Part shown: piece after piece, positions 8,786 through 19,361 of the stretch | Layout of the letters: each line of letters starts with the position of its first letter | How positions within the stretch are numbered: position 1 is the first letter of the stretch | Assembly (NCBI GenBank): GCA_963740315.1 | Contig: CAVUDP010000002.1 | Span: forward strand, 2,080,001 to 2,144,000 | From: an uncultured cyanobacterium | GTDB taxonomy: Bacteria > Cyanobacteriota > Cyanobacteriia > Cyanobacteriales > Nostocaceae | Reading direction: 5' to 3' | DNA length: 64,000 bases | The notes under the pieces: model-generated | What the model saw: only the letters and a program-made list of their open reading frames with translations | What the model was told of the DNA's origin: nothing | The model's database searches: none | Translations under genes and position numbers: made by a program

Positions 8786-9703
8786 TTAAGCGAAGGGGTT
8801 TCCACCACCCATTCCGCCGCCACCGAATGATGGCATTCCGCCGCCACCCATGTCGCCGCCACCGAATGGATTTCCACCACCCATTCCGCCGCCACCGAAT
8901 GATGGCATTCCGCCGCCACCCATGTCGCCGCCACCAAATGGGTTGCCGCCGCCACCCATGTCGCCGCTACCAAATGAGATTCCGCCGCCACCCATGTCGC
9001 CGCCACCAAATGGGTTTCCGCCGCCACCCATGTCGCCGCCACCAAATGGGTTTCCGCCGCCACCCATGTCGCCGCCAGCGAATGGATTGGAACCGCCGCC
9101 GAAACCACCTTCACCGCCACCGGAGGGCATTCCGCCGCCGAAACCACCTTCACCGCCACCGGAGGGCATTCCACCGCCGAAACCACCTTCGCCGCCACCG
9201 GAGGGCATTCCACCGCCGAAACCGCCGCCAGAAAGTTCGGAAGGATTTACGCCTCCAGCGAAAATATCCCAGAAGTTATCGCCAGCAAAAGGATTTCCAC
9301 CGTAAGCTAATTCACCCATATCCATATCGGAAGGAGGACCACCTTCACCGCCACCAAAGGGGTTTCCACCGCCACCCATGCCACCTTCTCCACCAAGGTT
9401 GCCAAATATATCTTCTACTCCTACATTTTCTCCATCTGCGCCCTGTATATCGAGCAAGCGACTAAATGGACCTATATTCGGCTGACTACCACTTTCCATA
9501 TTATTTCCGTCCATTGTTTCTTCCATTGATGAATTACCTTGATTATTTGTAGAGTTTCCAGTGGGAGCGCCAATATTGCCGAATATATCTTCGGCACTAT
9601 CTATACCTGGCAAGTCAAATAGGGGAGCGAAAACACTTTCACTAAGATCCATGTCTCCGCCGCCAAATGAACTGCCGGTGTTTGAATTTGTATCTTCTGC
9701 CAT
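8786..9703 (-). CDS. Gly/Met/Phe-rich low-complexity repeat protein (A2, MAEDTN start), function unknown
   Basis: 305-aa ORF with SD-like AGGAGA; GGGMPSGGGEGGF and GGNPFGGGDMG repeats; same MAEDTN start and position as A1. Confidence 0.8.
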   Translation of the reverse strand: MAEDTNSNTGSSFGGGDMDLSESVFAPLFDLPGIDSAEDIFGNIGAPTGNSTNNQGNSSMEETMDGNNMESGSQPNIGPFSRLLDIQGADGENVGVEDIFGNLGGEGGMGGGGNPFGGGEGGPPSDMDMGELAYGGNPFAGDNFWDIFAGGVNPSELSGGGFGGGMPSGGGEGGFGGGMPSGGGEGGFGGGMPSGGGEGGFGGGSNPFAGGDMGGGGNPFGGGDMGGGGNPFGGGDMGGGGISFGSGDMGGGGNPFGGGDMGGGGMPSFGGGGMGGGNPFGGGDMGGGGMPSFGGGGMGGGNPFA

Positions 9704-10242
9704 TACGATTGATTCTCCTATGTCGATTTTTTAAGTTAATTAGGAAAGAAAATATCTAGATCCCCTAATTTTTTTAACTAAGATTTATTGACAACTTCCT
9801 AACAATAATGATTGAATATTTTATAGCTTGGTAGATTGGTAAATATTTGAAGCATTGTTTTTGAGTGAAGATGCCAAATGTAAAAAACAATGCTTTATAA
9901 ATATCTCCTAACTTTTACGTTAAAACCTGTTCATCTAACACCTACATATTAGAGTAATTGATTTATATGTTTAATACTATGAATAATATTTTGATAATTC
10001 CTTCGTTTCTTTAGATATTTTATTTGATACAACGGAAGAGCAATAACTATGTAGTTTAAATAGCAGAAAATATAAACTACTATTTTATAGGAAATAAAAA
10101 ATCAATCTAATTAAATATATTTTGTGTAATTAAATACAGGTTAAAAAACATATAGGCACGTAGTTGAAAATATGGCGACTAAAGCGTTGCTACGTGCCTA
10201 TTTCGATCGTTTTCTCAGATGGTTTTTACCCGGATTTGATAT

Positions 10243-10419
10243 TTAAACAGCACCAACTAAAGCAGGTTCCCAACGTTCAACAGCTTTACCGATAACTGAT
10301 AATTTAGCAAATAAACGGTCAAACTGTTCTGGAGTCAGGGATTGAGGAGCATCAGACAAAGCTTTCGCGGGGTTGGGGTGAACCTCAACCATCAACGAAT
10401 CAGCACCTGCTGCAATAGC
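10243..10419 (-). pseudogene. aroG: 3' remnant of DAHP synthase (aroG/aroF of the scytonemin cluster)
   Basis: Manual translation gives AIAAGADSLMVEVHPNPAKALSDAPQSLTPEQFDRLFAKLSVIGKAVERWEPALVGAV*, the class I-beta DAHP synthase C-terminus; in-frame stop at 10450-10452 upstream and no start before the homologous segment. Confidence 0.85.
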
Positions 10420-10436
10420 CGTTCCGATTAAACTAC

Positions 10437-10500
10437 AGAAGTCGGGTTTTTAAGATAAATCTCCATAACATAAGACAACCTTTACAAAAACCCGACTTCT
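10437..10500. repeat. Palindromic dispersed repeat (AGAAGTCGGGTTTT...AAAACCCGACTTCT)
   Basis: Inverted repeat related to the AGAAACCCGG(TTTCT) elements at 19131-19198, 24221-24290 and 44717. Confidence 0.55.
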
Positions 10501-10529
10501 CACCCATCCCTCCGGTTGGTGAACGATTC

Positions 10530-11621
10530 TTATTTCAAAAATTCCGCAAGCTGTTCTAATTTTTTCCAAGCTTTACCACTTTTCAAAACGTCTTTGGCGA
10601 TCGCGACACCTTTAGTACAACGTTCTAAAATATCTTTACCTTCAACAGCTTCGCCAACATCTATTGCTAAAGCTGTATTTAAAGCAACTACATCTAATTG
10701 CGCTTGGGTACCTTTTCCTTGTAAAACAGCTTTCAAAATATCGGCATTTTCTTGAACTTCTCCACCTTTTAAAGCGGCAATTGGTGCGGGAGTTAAACCT
10801 AATTTTTCTGCCGTCAATTCTAATAAACTTACTTCCCCATTCTCAACGATCGCCACATCATTAACATCACCCAAACCCCCTTCATCTAATCTTTCTCGTC
10901 CGTGAATTACGATTCCTCGACGAATCCCCAGTTGCGATAAAGCTTGAGCGATCGTTTGCACTAAAAACGGATCGGATACACCGATAACTTGTCCTGTAGG
11001 ATGCATCGGATTTACCAAAGGTCCGAGCAAGTTAAAAATAGTCCGGATTTTTAAAGTTTTCCGTAAAGGAGCGACGGGCTTTAAAGCTGGATGCCAACCT
11101 GGTGCAAACAAAAATGTTACGCCAATTTCATCAACTGCCGATCGCACTTTTTTGGGGTCGGCTTGAAGATTTATACCTAAAGCTTCCAGTACGTCAGCGG
11201 AACCCGTTTTACTAGAAGCCGAACGATTTCCGTGTTTGGCAACCTTTACCCCCGCAGCAGCAGCAACAAAAGCGACGGCAGTGGAAATATTAAAAGTTGA
11301 AGCACCATCTCCACCAGTTCCGCAAGTATCTATCAATGGGAACGCAGATTCTCGATCGTCGAATCCTCCCAAAGACTGAGATTGCAAAACTTTAGCCATA
11401 CCCACCAATTCTTCTGGGGAAACTCCTTTAGCTTGAATTGCAGTCAAAATCGCGCCGGAAAGTACGGGGGGAATCGCATCTGCAAGCCATCCTTCAATTA
11501 ATTCGGTAGCTTGATTGACGCTGAGGGATTCTTTATTAAGTAGCTGTTGGAGTAAAGTAGACCACCGAGAAGTATCGGGAGCTTGGGAATTGTTAACTGG
11601 GGTTTGAGTTAAATTTGCCAT
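10530..11621 (-). CDS. trpD: Anthranilate phosphoribosyltransferase
   Basis: [18 protein letters not shown] and [15 protein letters not shown] motifs. Confidence 0.97.
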   Translation of the reverse strand: MANLTQTPVNNSQAPDTSRWSTLLQQLLNKESLSVNQATELIEGWLADAIPPVLSGAILTAIQAKGVSPEELVGMAKVLQSQSLGGFDDRESAFPLIDTCGTGGDGASTFNISTAVAFVAAAAGVKVAKHGNRSASSKTGSADVLEALGINLQADPKKVRSAVDEIGVTFLFAPGWHPALKPVAPLRKTLKIRTIFNLLGPLVNPMHPTGQVIGVSDPFLVQTIAQALSQLGIRRGIVIHGRERLDEGGLGDVNDVAIVENGEVSLLELTAEKLGLTPAPIAALKGGEVQENADILKAVLQGKGTQAQLDVVALNTALAIDVGEAVEGKDILERCTKGVAIAKDVLKSGKAWKKLEQLAEFLK

Positions 11622-11712
11622 TCGATTTTAGATTTTAGACTTTAGATTTTGGATTGCTTTCTTTTAGAAAAAGAGGCTTGAAAAGTATTTATAGATTTTA
11701 TTTTATTATTAC

Positions 11713-11870
11713 TGGTTCTTACTGGTTCCCAGTCTCTGGCTGGGAACCCCTGTATTTTACTGGTTCCCAGTCTCTGGCTGGGAACCTTTATATGGAAGGC
11801 TCTGCCTTCCATTGAATCTGGAGGCGGAGCCTCCCGGAAATGCATTACAAGGTAGAACCTTGTAACGAGA
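11713..11870. repeat. Composite palindromic dispersed repeat
   Basis: GTTCCCAGTCTCTGGCTGGGAAC twice plus GAAGGCTCTGCCTTC and GGAGGCGGAGCCTCC hairpins; related element at 30290-30445. Confidence 0.6.
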
Positions 11871-11957
11871 ATACCGAGAATAAAATCTTTAGTTCGTAGT
11901 AAGGAATACACGTCCTATCTGAGCGATAAATCGCTTACTACGAACCAAGATTATTTA

Positions 11958-13193
<1,236 letters not shown>

Positions 13194-13364
13194 TTTGATT
13201 TGTATTCCTTTTGGTAATTTGATAATTGCGAGAGGGGGAAGAGGGGGAAGAGGGGGGAGATGGGGAGAGGGGGGGACAAGGAGACAAGGAGAAATAATTA
13301 CTAATTCCTAACTCCGGTGGTCCTAACTCTCTACTCCCTACTCCTAACTTTTACCTATTACCCA

Positions 13365-14180
13365 TTAACTTTTAACTAATTGTTCTTGAGAAATTGCAGC
13401 TTTAAGTTCTTTGCAAAATTCTTCTACTGCTTGCAATCCTTCTTTTTGAGTACCGTTTGCTAATCTTTTTACAAATGCGCTACCAACGATTACCGCATCA
13501 GCACCCCAATCCTTAGCTTGAATTGCTTGATCTGCACCGGAAATACCGAAACCAACACCAATTGCTTTATCGGTAGTGCCGCGTAAATCTTGCAACAAGT
13601 CTTCGACTCTACCTTCTAAACTTGTACGTACTCCGGTAACGCCGGTAACACTGACTAAGTAGATAAAGCCCTGAGATTGTTTGGCGATCGCATTTATCCG
13701 ATCTTTTGAACTGGTAGGCGCTACGAGCAAAGTTAGTTCAATTCCGAATTCTTGGGCTGACTGGATCAAATTCTCAGCTTCTTCTAAGGGTAAATCGGGA
13801 ACTACCAATCCTTTTACGCCAACTTCTGCAATTTTCGCTAAAAACTCTTTAATCCCTAAATTTAAAATCGGATTGTAATAAGTAAATAGAATAATCGGTG
13901 CTTGCAATTGAGGAGTTAATGTCTTCAACATCTGTAAAACATTATCCAACTTCGTACCTTTTGCCAAAGCACGAGTCGCAGCAGCTTGAATTACCGGACC
14001 ATCAGCTAAAGGATCGGAATAAGGAACGCCCAATTCAATAAAGCTAGCACCATTTTTATCTAAAATTTTTAGTGCTTTAGCAGTAGTTTCTAAATCCGGA
14101 TCTCCCGCAGTAATAAACGGAATTAAAGCGCAAGTATTGGATTTTCTTAATTCTTCAAAGCGTTGAGATATTGCAGTCAT
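13365..14180 (-). CDS. trpA: Tryptophan synthase alpha chain
   Basis: [17 protein letters not shown] and VSVTGVTG motifs. Confidence 0.98.
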   Translation of the reverse strand: MTAISQRFEELRKSNTCALIPFITAGDPDLETTAKALKILDKNGASFIELGVPYSDPLADGPVIQAAATRALAKGTKLDNVLQMLKTLTPQLQAPIILFTYYNPILNLGIKEFLAKIAEVGVKGLVVPDLPLEEAENLIQSAQEFGIELTLLVAPTSSKDRINAIAKQSQGFIYLVSVTGVTGVRTSLEGRVEDLLQDLRGTTDKAIGVGFGISGADQAIQAKDWGADAVIVGSAFVKRLANGTQKEGLQAVEEFCKELKAAISQEQLVKS

Positions 14181-14334
14181 GTTATTAGTTATTAGTTGTT
14201 AGTTGTTAATTTTAATAGGCATTGGGAATTGGGCTACCTCCCACCTCCGGTGAATGGGAATTGGTAATAGCGAATAGAAATTAATTATTCTCCCCATCTC
14301 CCAATCTCCCCATCCCCTTGTCCCCCCCATCCTC

Positions 14335-15189
14335 TTACCCCAGCAACTTCCTTACCGCATCTTCCACGTCAGGTTGCTTGACTAAAGATTCTCCTACCAA
14401 AACGGCACGAGCGCCAGCGTTATTTACGAAGGTTAAATCGTCGTTCTTGTATATACCGGATTCGCTGACAATGGTAATGCCAAAGCTTTGTAATTGCGAT
14501 TTTCTTTTAGAAATCAGTTTTTCGGTGGTTGCTAAATCTACGGTAAAGTTCTTCAAGTTGCGATTATTAATTCCTACTAACCTTACGTCAGCAAGTCTTA
14601 ACACTCTATCCAACTCCTTATCTGTATGGACTTCCACCAGAGCTGTCATTTTCAAGCTGTTAATTACTCGCAAAAAATCTTTCAACTGTACGTCAGATAG
14701 AATCGCTGCAATCAATAGTACCGCATCAGCACCAATGGTTCTAGCTAAATATATTTGATATAAATCAATAATAAATTCTTTGCATAATAACGGTAATTCT
14801 ACGCTTTTCCTAACATTACGCAGGTTGTCAAAACTACCTTTAAAAAAGTGACTGTCGGTAAGAACTGATAAACAGGCTGCACCTCCTTTTTCATAAGCTT
14901 GGGCTATATTTACCGGGTCAAAATCTTCTCGAATAATCCCCTTACTTGGCGATGCTTTTTTTACTTCCGCAATTAAACTAGGATGATGAGAATTTTCTTG
15001 CAAAGCCTTTAAAAAGTTTCGTACCTTTGGCGCATCTTTAAGTTGTTCTTGTACTTCAGCTAAAGGAGATTCCAATCGCATTTGAGCAACTTCTTGCCTT
15101 TTATGCAAGACTATCTCATCAAGTATGTGCCGGGATTTAGTTAACATATTCATTTTGTTGATAGTTGTCACATTATTCATAATATTCAT
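14335..15189 (-). CDS. trpC: Indole-3-glycerol phosphate synthase (start may be a downstream Met)
   Basis: [25 protein letters not shown] and VSESGI motifs. Confidence 0.97.
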   Translation of the reverse strand: MNIMNNVTTINKMNMLTKSRHILDEIVLHKRQEVAQMRLESPLAEVQEQLKDAPKVRNFLKALQENSHHPSLIAEVKKASPSKGIIREDFDPVNIAQAYEKGGAACLSVLTDSHFFKGSFDNLRNVRKSVELPLLCKEFIIDLYQIYLARTIGADAVLLIAAILSDVQLKDFLRVINSLKMTALVEVHTDKELDRVLRLADVRLVGINNRNLKNFTVDLATTEKLISKRKSQLQSFGITIVSESGIYKNDDLTFVNNAGARAVLVGESLVKQPDVEDAVRKLLG

Positions 15190-15228
15190 ATTAAGTGCAG
15201 CTTTTAAACCCGCACTAGAAATAAAAGA

Positions 15229-15906
15229 TTACAGATTAGCTTTAATTGAGTTTCGGCTAGATGTTTTCTGACGCTGACTTAACAGTAAACCAGTACCAAT
15301 TATTCCCATACTAAGTATTGTTGCAGTATTTCCTGCTTCTGGCACTTTTTGAGGTACTGTGAAGGAACCAGTAAATACAATCGTACCTGTGGTACTAGGT
15401 TCGGTTGCTGCATTTGGGTTGAAAATCGTGTTTTGCGAAACCGTTAGAGTCCCTGTCGCACCTTTAAAATTGCCTTCTCCACCTAGAATCTTTGAAGTTC
15501 CAGATACCGATGCCGTTAAGTCTTCCAAGTTACGTGTAGCAGTACCAGTAGTGGTTGCAAATAATTTATCCTCACCGCTACTAAAAAATATCTCAGAAAG
15601 AATTGGCAATCCTTCTATACCAAACTCTGTGGCATCTGTAACTATTGATTGCAATCCTGTATCGTCATTTCTTTTTATGTAACTCTCTCTGATATAATTA
15701 TTCAAACCATAAGGTGCTGTTTTACTTTCACCTGTTAAAGTTGACTTAAACACGTCCCCTTGAATCGGTTCAAAAATGACTTCTATGTCGTAAGTAGCCT
15801 CAAAAGGAAAATTTGTTTGAGCATTAACCTTTGTATCATTTAACCCCAAACCTAATAACCCTACTGTTCCAGATATAAGTGATAAACTAAGCAAGCCAAG
15901 TTTCAT
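15229..15906 (-). CDS. Secreted PEP-CTERM-type protein
   Basis: N-terminal signal peptide; C-terminal VPEAG, hydrophobic helix and basic tail; GGEGNFKGATGTL motif. Confidence 0.8.
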   Translation of the reverse strand: MKLGLLSLSLISGTVGLLGLGLNDTKVNAQTNFPFEATYDIEVIFEPIQGDVFKSTLTGESKTAPYGLNNYIRESYIKRNDDTGLQSIVTDATEFGIEGLPILSEIFFSSGEDKLFATTTGTATRNLEDLTASVSGTSKILGGEGNFKGATGTLTVSQNTIFNPNAATEPSTTGTIVFTGSFTVPQKVPEAGNTATILSMGIIGTGLLLSQRQKTSSRNSIKANL

Positions 15907-16144
15907 AGGTTTTTGTCCCTTAATAATAAATACTGACTACTTATAAACTTTAAACTCTAAAATAAATGTTGACTACTTATAAACACTGACTACTCATAAA
16001 CTTTAAAATAAACTTTAAACTAACCTATAACCCTCTACTTACTTCTTCCCTTTACGCCCTCCGCGTCTCTGCGGTTTTTTAATCTTTAATTTTGTTAAAG
16101 AATACGGGCATTTACACCCGCATTCTCTCTATTTTTCGCAAATC

Positions 16145-18349
16145 TTAACTCACGGAAACAACTTCCGATTCGCCGGATTTCGTATATTTGTAAACGACAT
16201 TTTTAATCATCGCCAAACCTACCTCACCCGCCAAAGTCATGATCGATTCGGGGTGAAACTGTACGGCTGCGATCGCCAGTGTTTTATGTTCGATCGCCAT
16301 AATTACATCGTCTTCTGACATTGCCGTAACTTTCAATTCTTGGGGAAACTTCTCTGGTAATGCAAACAACGAATGATATCTACCAACTACAAAAGATTCG
16401 GGTAGATCCTTAAACATCACCGAATTCGAGTCAGTAATATTAATCCGCGAAGGTTTACCATGTTGGGGATAATCTAAAACTCCCAATTCTCCACCGAAAG
16501 CTTCCACAATACCTTGCAATCCCAAACACACTCCAAAAATCGGAATATTGCGACGCACGCAAGCGGCGACGGTTTGCGGTACTTTAAAATCATTTGGTCT
16601 TCCAGGACCTGGAGACAATACAACTAAATCGGGTTTTTCTGTATCAAAAAGTGATTCATCAAAACCGTGACGCAGTGTTTTTACTGTTGCTCCACTTTGA
16701 CGAATGTAGTTCGCTAAAGTATGAACAAAAGAGTCTTCGCAGTCGATTAATAAGATGCGTTTACCCGGCTCCACGTTGGGAATACCAGAACTCAAAGAAT
16801 TTGGTTTACCTGTCTTAACTTTGGCTTTATCTTTAGCGCGGCGAATAGTTTCAAAAGCTGCGGCGGCTTTAGTTAAGGTTTCTTCTTCTTCGGCTGCGGG
16901 AATCGAATCATACAACACCGTTGCACCAACTCGTACTTCTGCGATCGAGTCTTTGAGTCGAATTGTCCGTAAAATCAAGCCGGTATTCAAATTACCGTTG
17001 AAGTTTAACCAGCCTACTGCTCCACCATACCAACGTCTGGCACTGCGTTCGTGCTGTTCGAGAAACTCTATGGCTGATTTCTTCGGTGCGCCAGTTACCG
17101 TTACTGCCCAAGTATGAGTTAAAAACGCATCTAAAGCATCAAAATCTTGTCGCAGCGTACCTTCTACATGGTCTACAGTATGAATTAAATGACTGTACAT
17201 TTCGATCTGACGGCGACCAATTACCCGCACCGAACCCGGTTCGCAAATCCGCGATTTATCGTTGCGATCCACGTCGGTACACATGGTTAACTCGGATTCG
17301 TCTTTGAATGAATTTAGCAGCTGACGAATTTGCGTAGCATCATCTAAAGCGTCTCTTCCTCTGGCGATCGTGCCGCTAATCGGACAAGTTTCTACCCGTC
17401 TGCCATCAACTCGGACAAAAATTTCCGGAGAAGAACCAATAATGTATTCCCCACCCAAGTTAAATATGAAGCCGTAGGGACTGGGATTAATTTCCTGTAA
17501 AGTTGTAAATAATTCCGATGGTGCGGTTTCACTAGTTATAGAGAAATTTTGTGAAGGTACAACTTCAAATAAATCGCCACGACGGAAATAATCGAGCGCA
17601 ACTCCTACTTGTTCGGCATATTCCCCCACTTCATGATCCGATCTCCGTTCGGGAGTAAGCTGTTTACCTCTATAATCTATCGACTCACCAGTACGAGGAA
17701 GATTATCAGTAGTGCTACCTTGAATCTCGAATTCATAGCTCAGACGATAGGCGCGTTGTAAATAGTAATCAACAACTACCAACTCATCGGGTAGATATAA
17801 AACCAAATCCCTTTGGTCATCCGCACGCTGCAAACGTTGAGAAATTGGTTCAAATTGCAGTACCAAATCGTAACCAAATGCTCCATACAGCCCTAAATGT
17901 TCGTCTTCATCGCTGTAAAAAACCTGCAATATATCGCGAATAACTGTAAAAGCCGAAGGTTGCTTACTGCGTTCTTCTTCTGTAAACAATTGTTGCGTTG
18001 CTTTGACAGCACCAATGATATTTTGTGTATTGTTAAGCTTAACGGATGATAATTGCGGATGTTTCGATAAGCGCTCCAACAGCATTGGTAAAAGTACTTT
18101 GCCGCGATCGTTGAGCGCCGTAATAGTAAAACCTTTATCTCGCGTTGTGACTTCCAAAGGTGGATTTACGAATCCAATCGCCCATCTTTTGTATCTTCCT
18201 GGATATTCGTAACTACTCTTAAGTAAACCTCCCCGCTTGGAATCGAGGTGAAACAAAATATCTTCTAAGGCTGTGTTAATCTCGACTTCTGTTACCGTGC
18301 GAGATACATTCACACCGCCACTAGTTGTGTAAGCTTGTTTTTCAATCAT
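16145..18349 (-). CDS. trpE: Anthranilate synthase, fused TrpE-TrpG
   Basis: Chorismate-binding domain (NPSPY, TCPISGT, VTGAPK) plus GATase domain (SPGPG, GVCLG, QFHPES). Confidence 0.96.
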   Translation of the reverse strand: MIEKQAYTTSGGVNVSRTVTEVEINTALEDILFHLDSKRGGLLKSSYEYPGRYKRWAIGFVNPPLEVTTRDKGFTITALNDRGKVLLPMLLERLSKHPQLSSVKLNNTQNIIGAVKATQQLFTEEERSKQPSAFTVIRDILQVFYSDEDEHLGLYGAFGYDLVLQFEPISQRLQRADDQRDLVLYLPDELVVVDYYLQRAYRLSYEFEIQGSTTDNLPRTGESIDYRGKQLTPERRSDHEVGEYAEQVGVALDYFRRGDLFEVVPSQNFSITSETAPSELFTTLQEINPSPYGFIFNLGGEYIIGSSPEIFVRVDGRRVETCPISGTIARGRDALDDATQIRQLLNSFKDESELTMCTDVDRNDKSRICEPGSVRVIGRRQIEMYSHLIHTVDHVEGTLRQDFDALDAFLTHTWAVTVTGAPKKSAIEFLEQHERSARRWYGGAVGWLNFNGNLNTGLILRTIRLKDSIAEVRVGATVLYDSIPAAEEEETLTKAAAAFETIRRAKDKAKVKTGKPNSLSSGIPNVEPGKRILLIDCEDSFVHTLANYIRQSGATVKTLRHGFDESLFDTEKPDLVVLSPGPGRPNDFKVPQTVAACVRRNIPIFGVCLGLQGIVEAFGGELGVLDYPQHGKPSRINITDSNSVMFKDLPESFVVGRYHSLFALPEKFPQELKVTAMSEDDVIMAIEHKTLAIAAVQFHPESIMTLAGEVGLAMIKNVVYKYTKSGESEVVSVS

Positions 18350-18989
18350 GGGCTATTTAAGAAGGAATAATTGCGGACTATGCGGTCAAAAATTCAAAAT
18401 TAATATTTAATTAGAAGCTATAAATGCATTCACGTGGCTAGAATAACAACTATTCGTTAACGCATCTATAATTAATTGCTTTATAGTCTTGAGCAGTGAA
18501 TTTTTAACTTGAGACTAATTCTAATTACAATTAAATTACAAGATTTCCACTACAGTATATTTGCTAAAATGCAGTTCGGTTGAGATACTGCCTGTAACCA
18601 CGTAGGTTCTGAATAAAAATTTTAAAAGAATACAAAAGGTAAGAAAATGAGATTTGTAATATTTCACTCTATCGAAGGGTAAATAGATACAAAAGCCTTG
18701 AATACAGTTAAATCAAGGGCATACATTAACGGTAAGCATTTAGTAAAAACTTATAAATGCGACTAAATAAGTAATAGTCTAAAACCGTTGACTGCATTTT
18801 AATATCTCTTTACACTCTTTAAGCCTACTAGATATTAAGTAAGGCATAAATGAACTTTTTTTCGATAGGTGTGTCTAATTTTTCGCTGTTATGTTTATTT
18901 GTTTAAATTATTCCGGATAAGTAATTTTTAGGTATGGACGCTACTATCCACGGTATGAAAATACTTGTATACCTTTAGGTAGAAGATGA

Positions 18990-19083
18990 GAGAGATGGGG
19001 GGATGGGGAGATGGGGAGATGGGGAGATGGGGAGATGGGGGGATGGGGAGATGGGGGAGATGGGGAGAGGGGGAGATGGGGGA
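18990..19083. repeat. Example STRR tract (GGGGAGAT)n; similar tracts at about 29120-29340, 50655-50830, 56390-56455 and 62120-62265
   Basis: Short tandem 7-9-mer repeats typical of heterocystous cyanobacteria. Confidence 0.85.
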
Positions 19084-19361
19084 AGCATCTTTCTTGCTTG
19101 AAGCATATATTCACATCTTGCACCAGTGTCAGAAACCCGGTTTCTTCTCGTAGAAACATGATTATTTCGTTATGAAATCAGTAAGAAACCGGGTTTCTTT
19201 GGACTTGTTGAGAATGGTGTAAGAAGTCAGTATAGCGAGCAAGATGCTCGCACTACTTAATCTAAATTGGATATTTGTTCATTTGCAAGTCAGTTATTAA
19301 GCCTTAGAGTAAATAATTCAAATCTTCTAACCTTTGACCTTTGACCTTTGACCTATAACCT

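Noticed and set aside
1575..9703. RTX/T1SS substrates or RiPP precursors
   Set aside because: No canonical GGxGxDxL nonapeptides, no ABC/HlyD exporter and no RiPP maturases adjacent
1249..10240. Genomic island integrated at tRNA-His
   Set aside because: No integrase, no duplicated tRNA 3' end that I could find, and the region carries host-type HIP1 sites and repeats
11642..11911. ORFs within repeat tracts (also 18944-19159, 29125-29337 and 50720-50968)
   Set aside because: Translations of STRR or palindromic repeats
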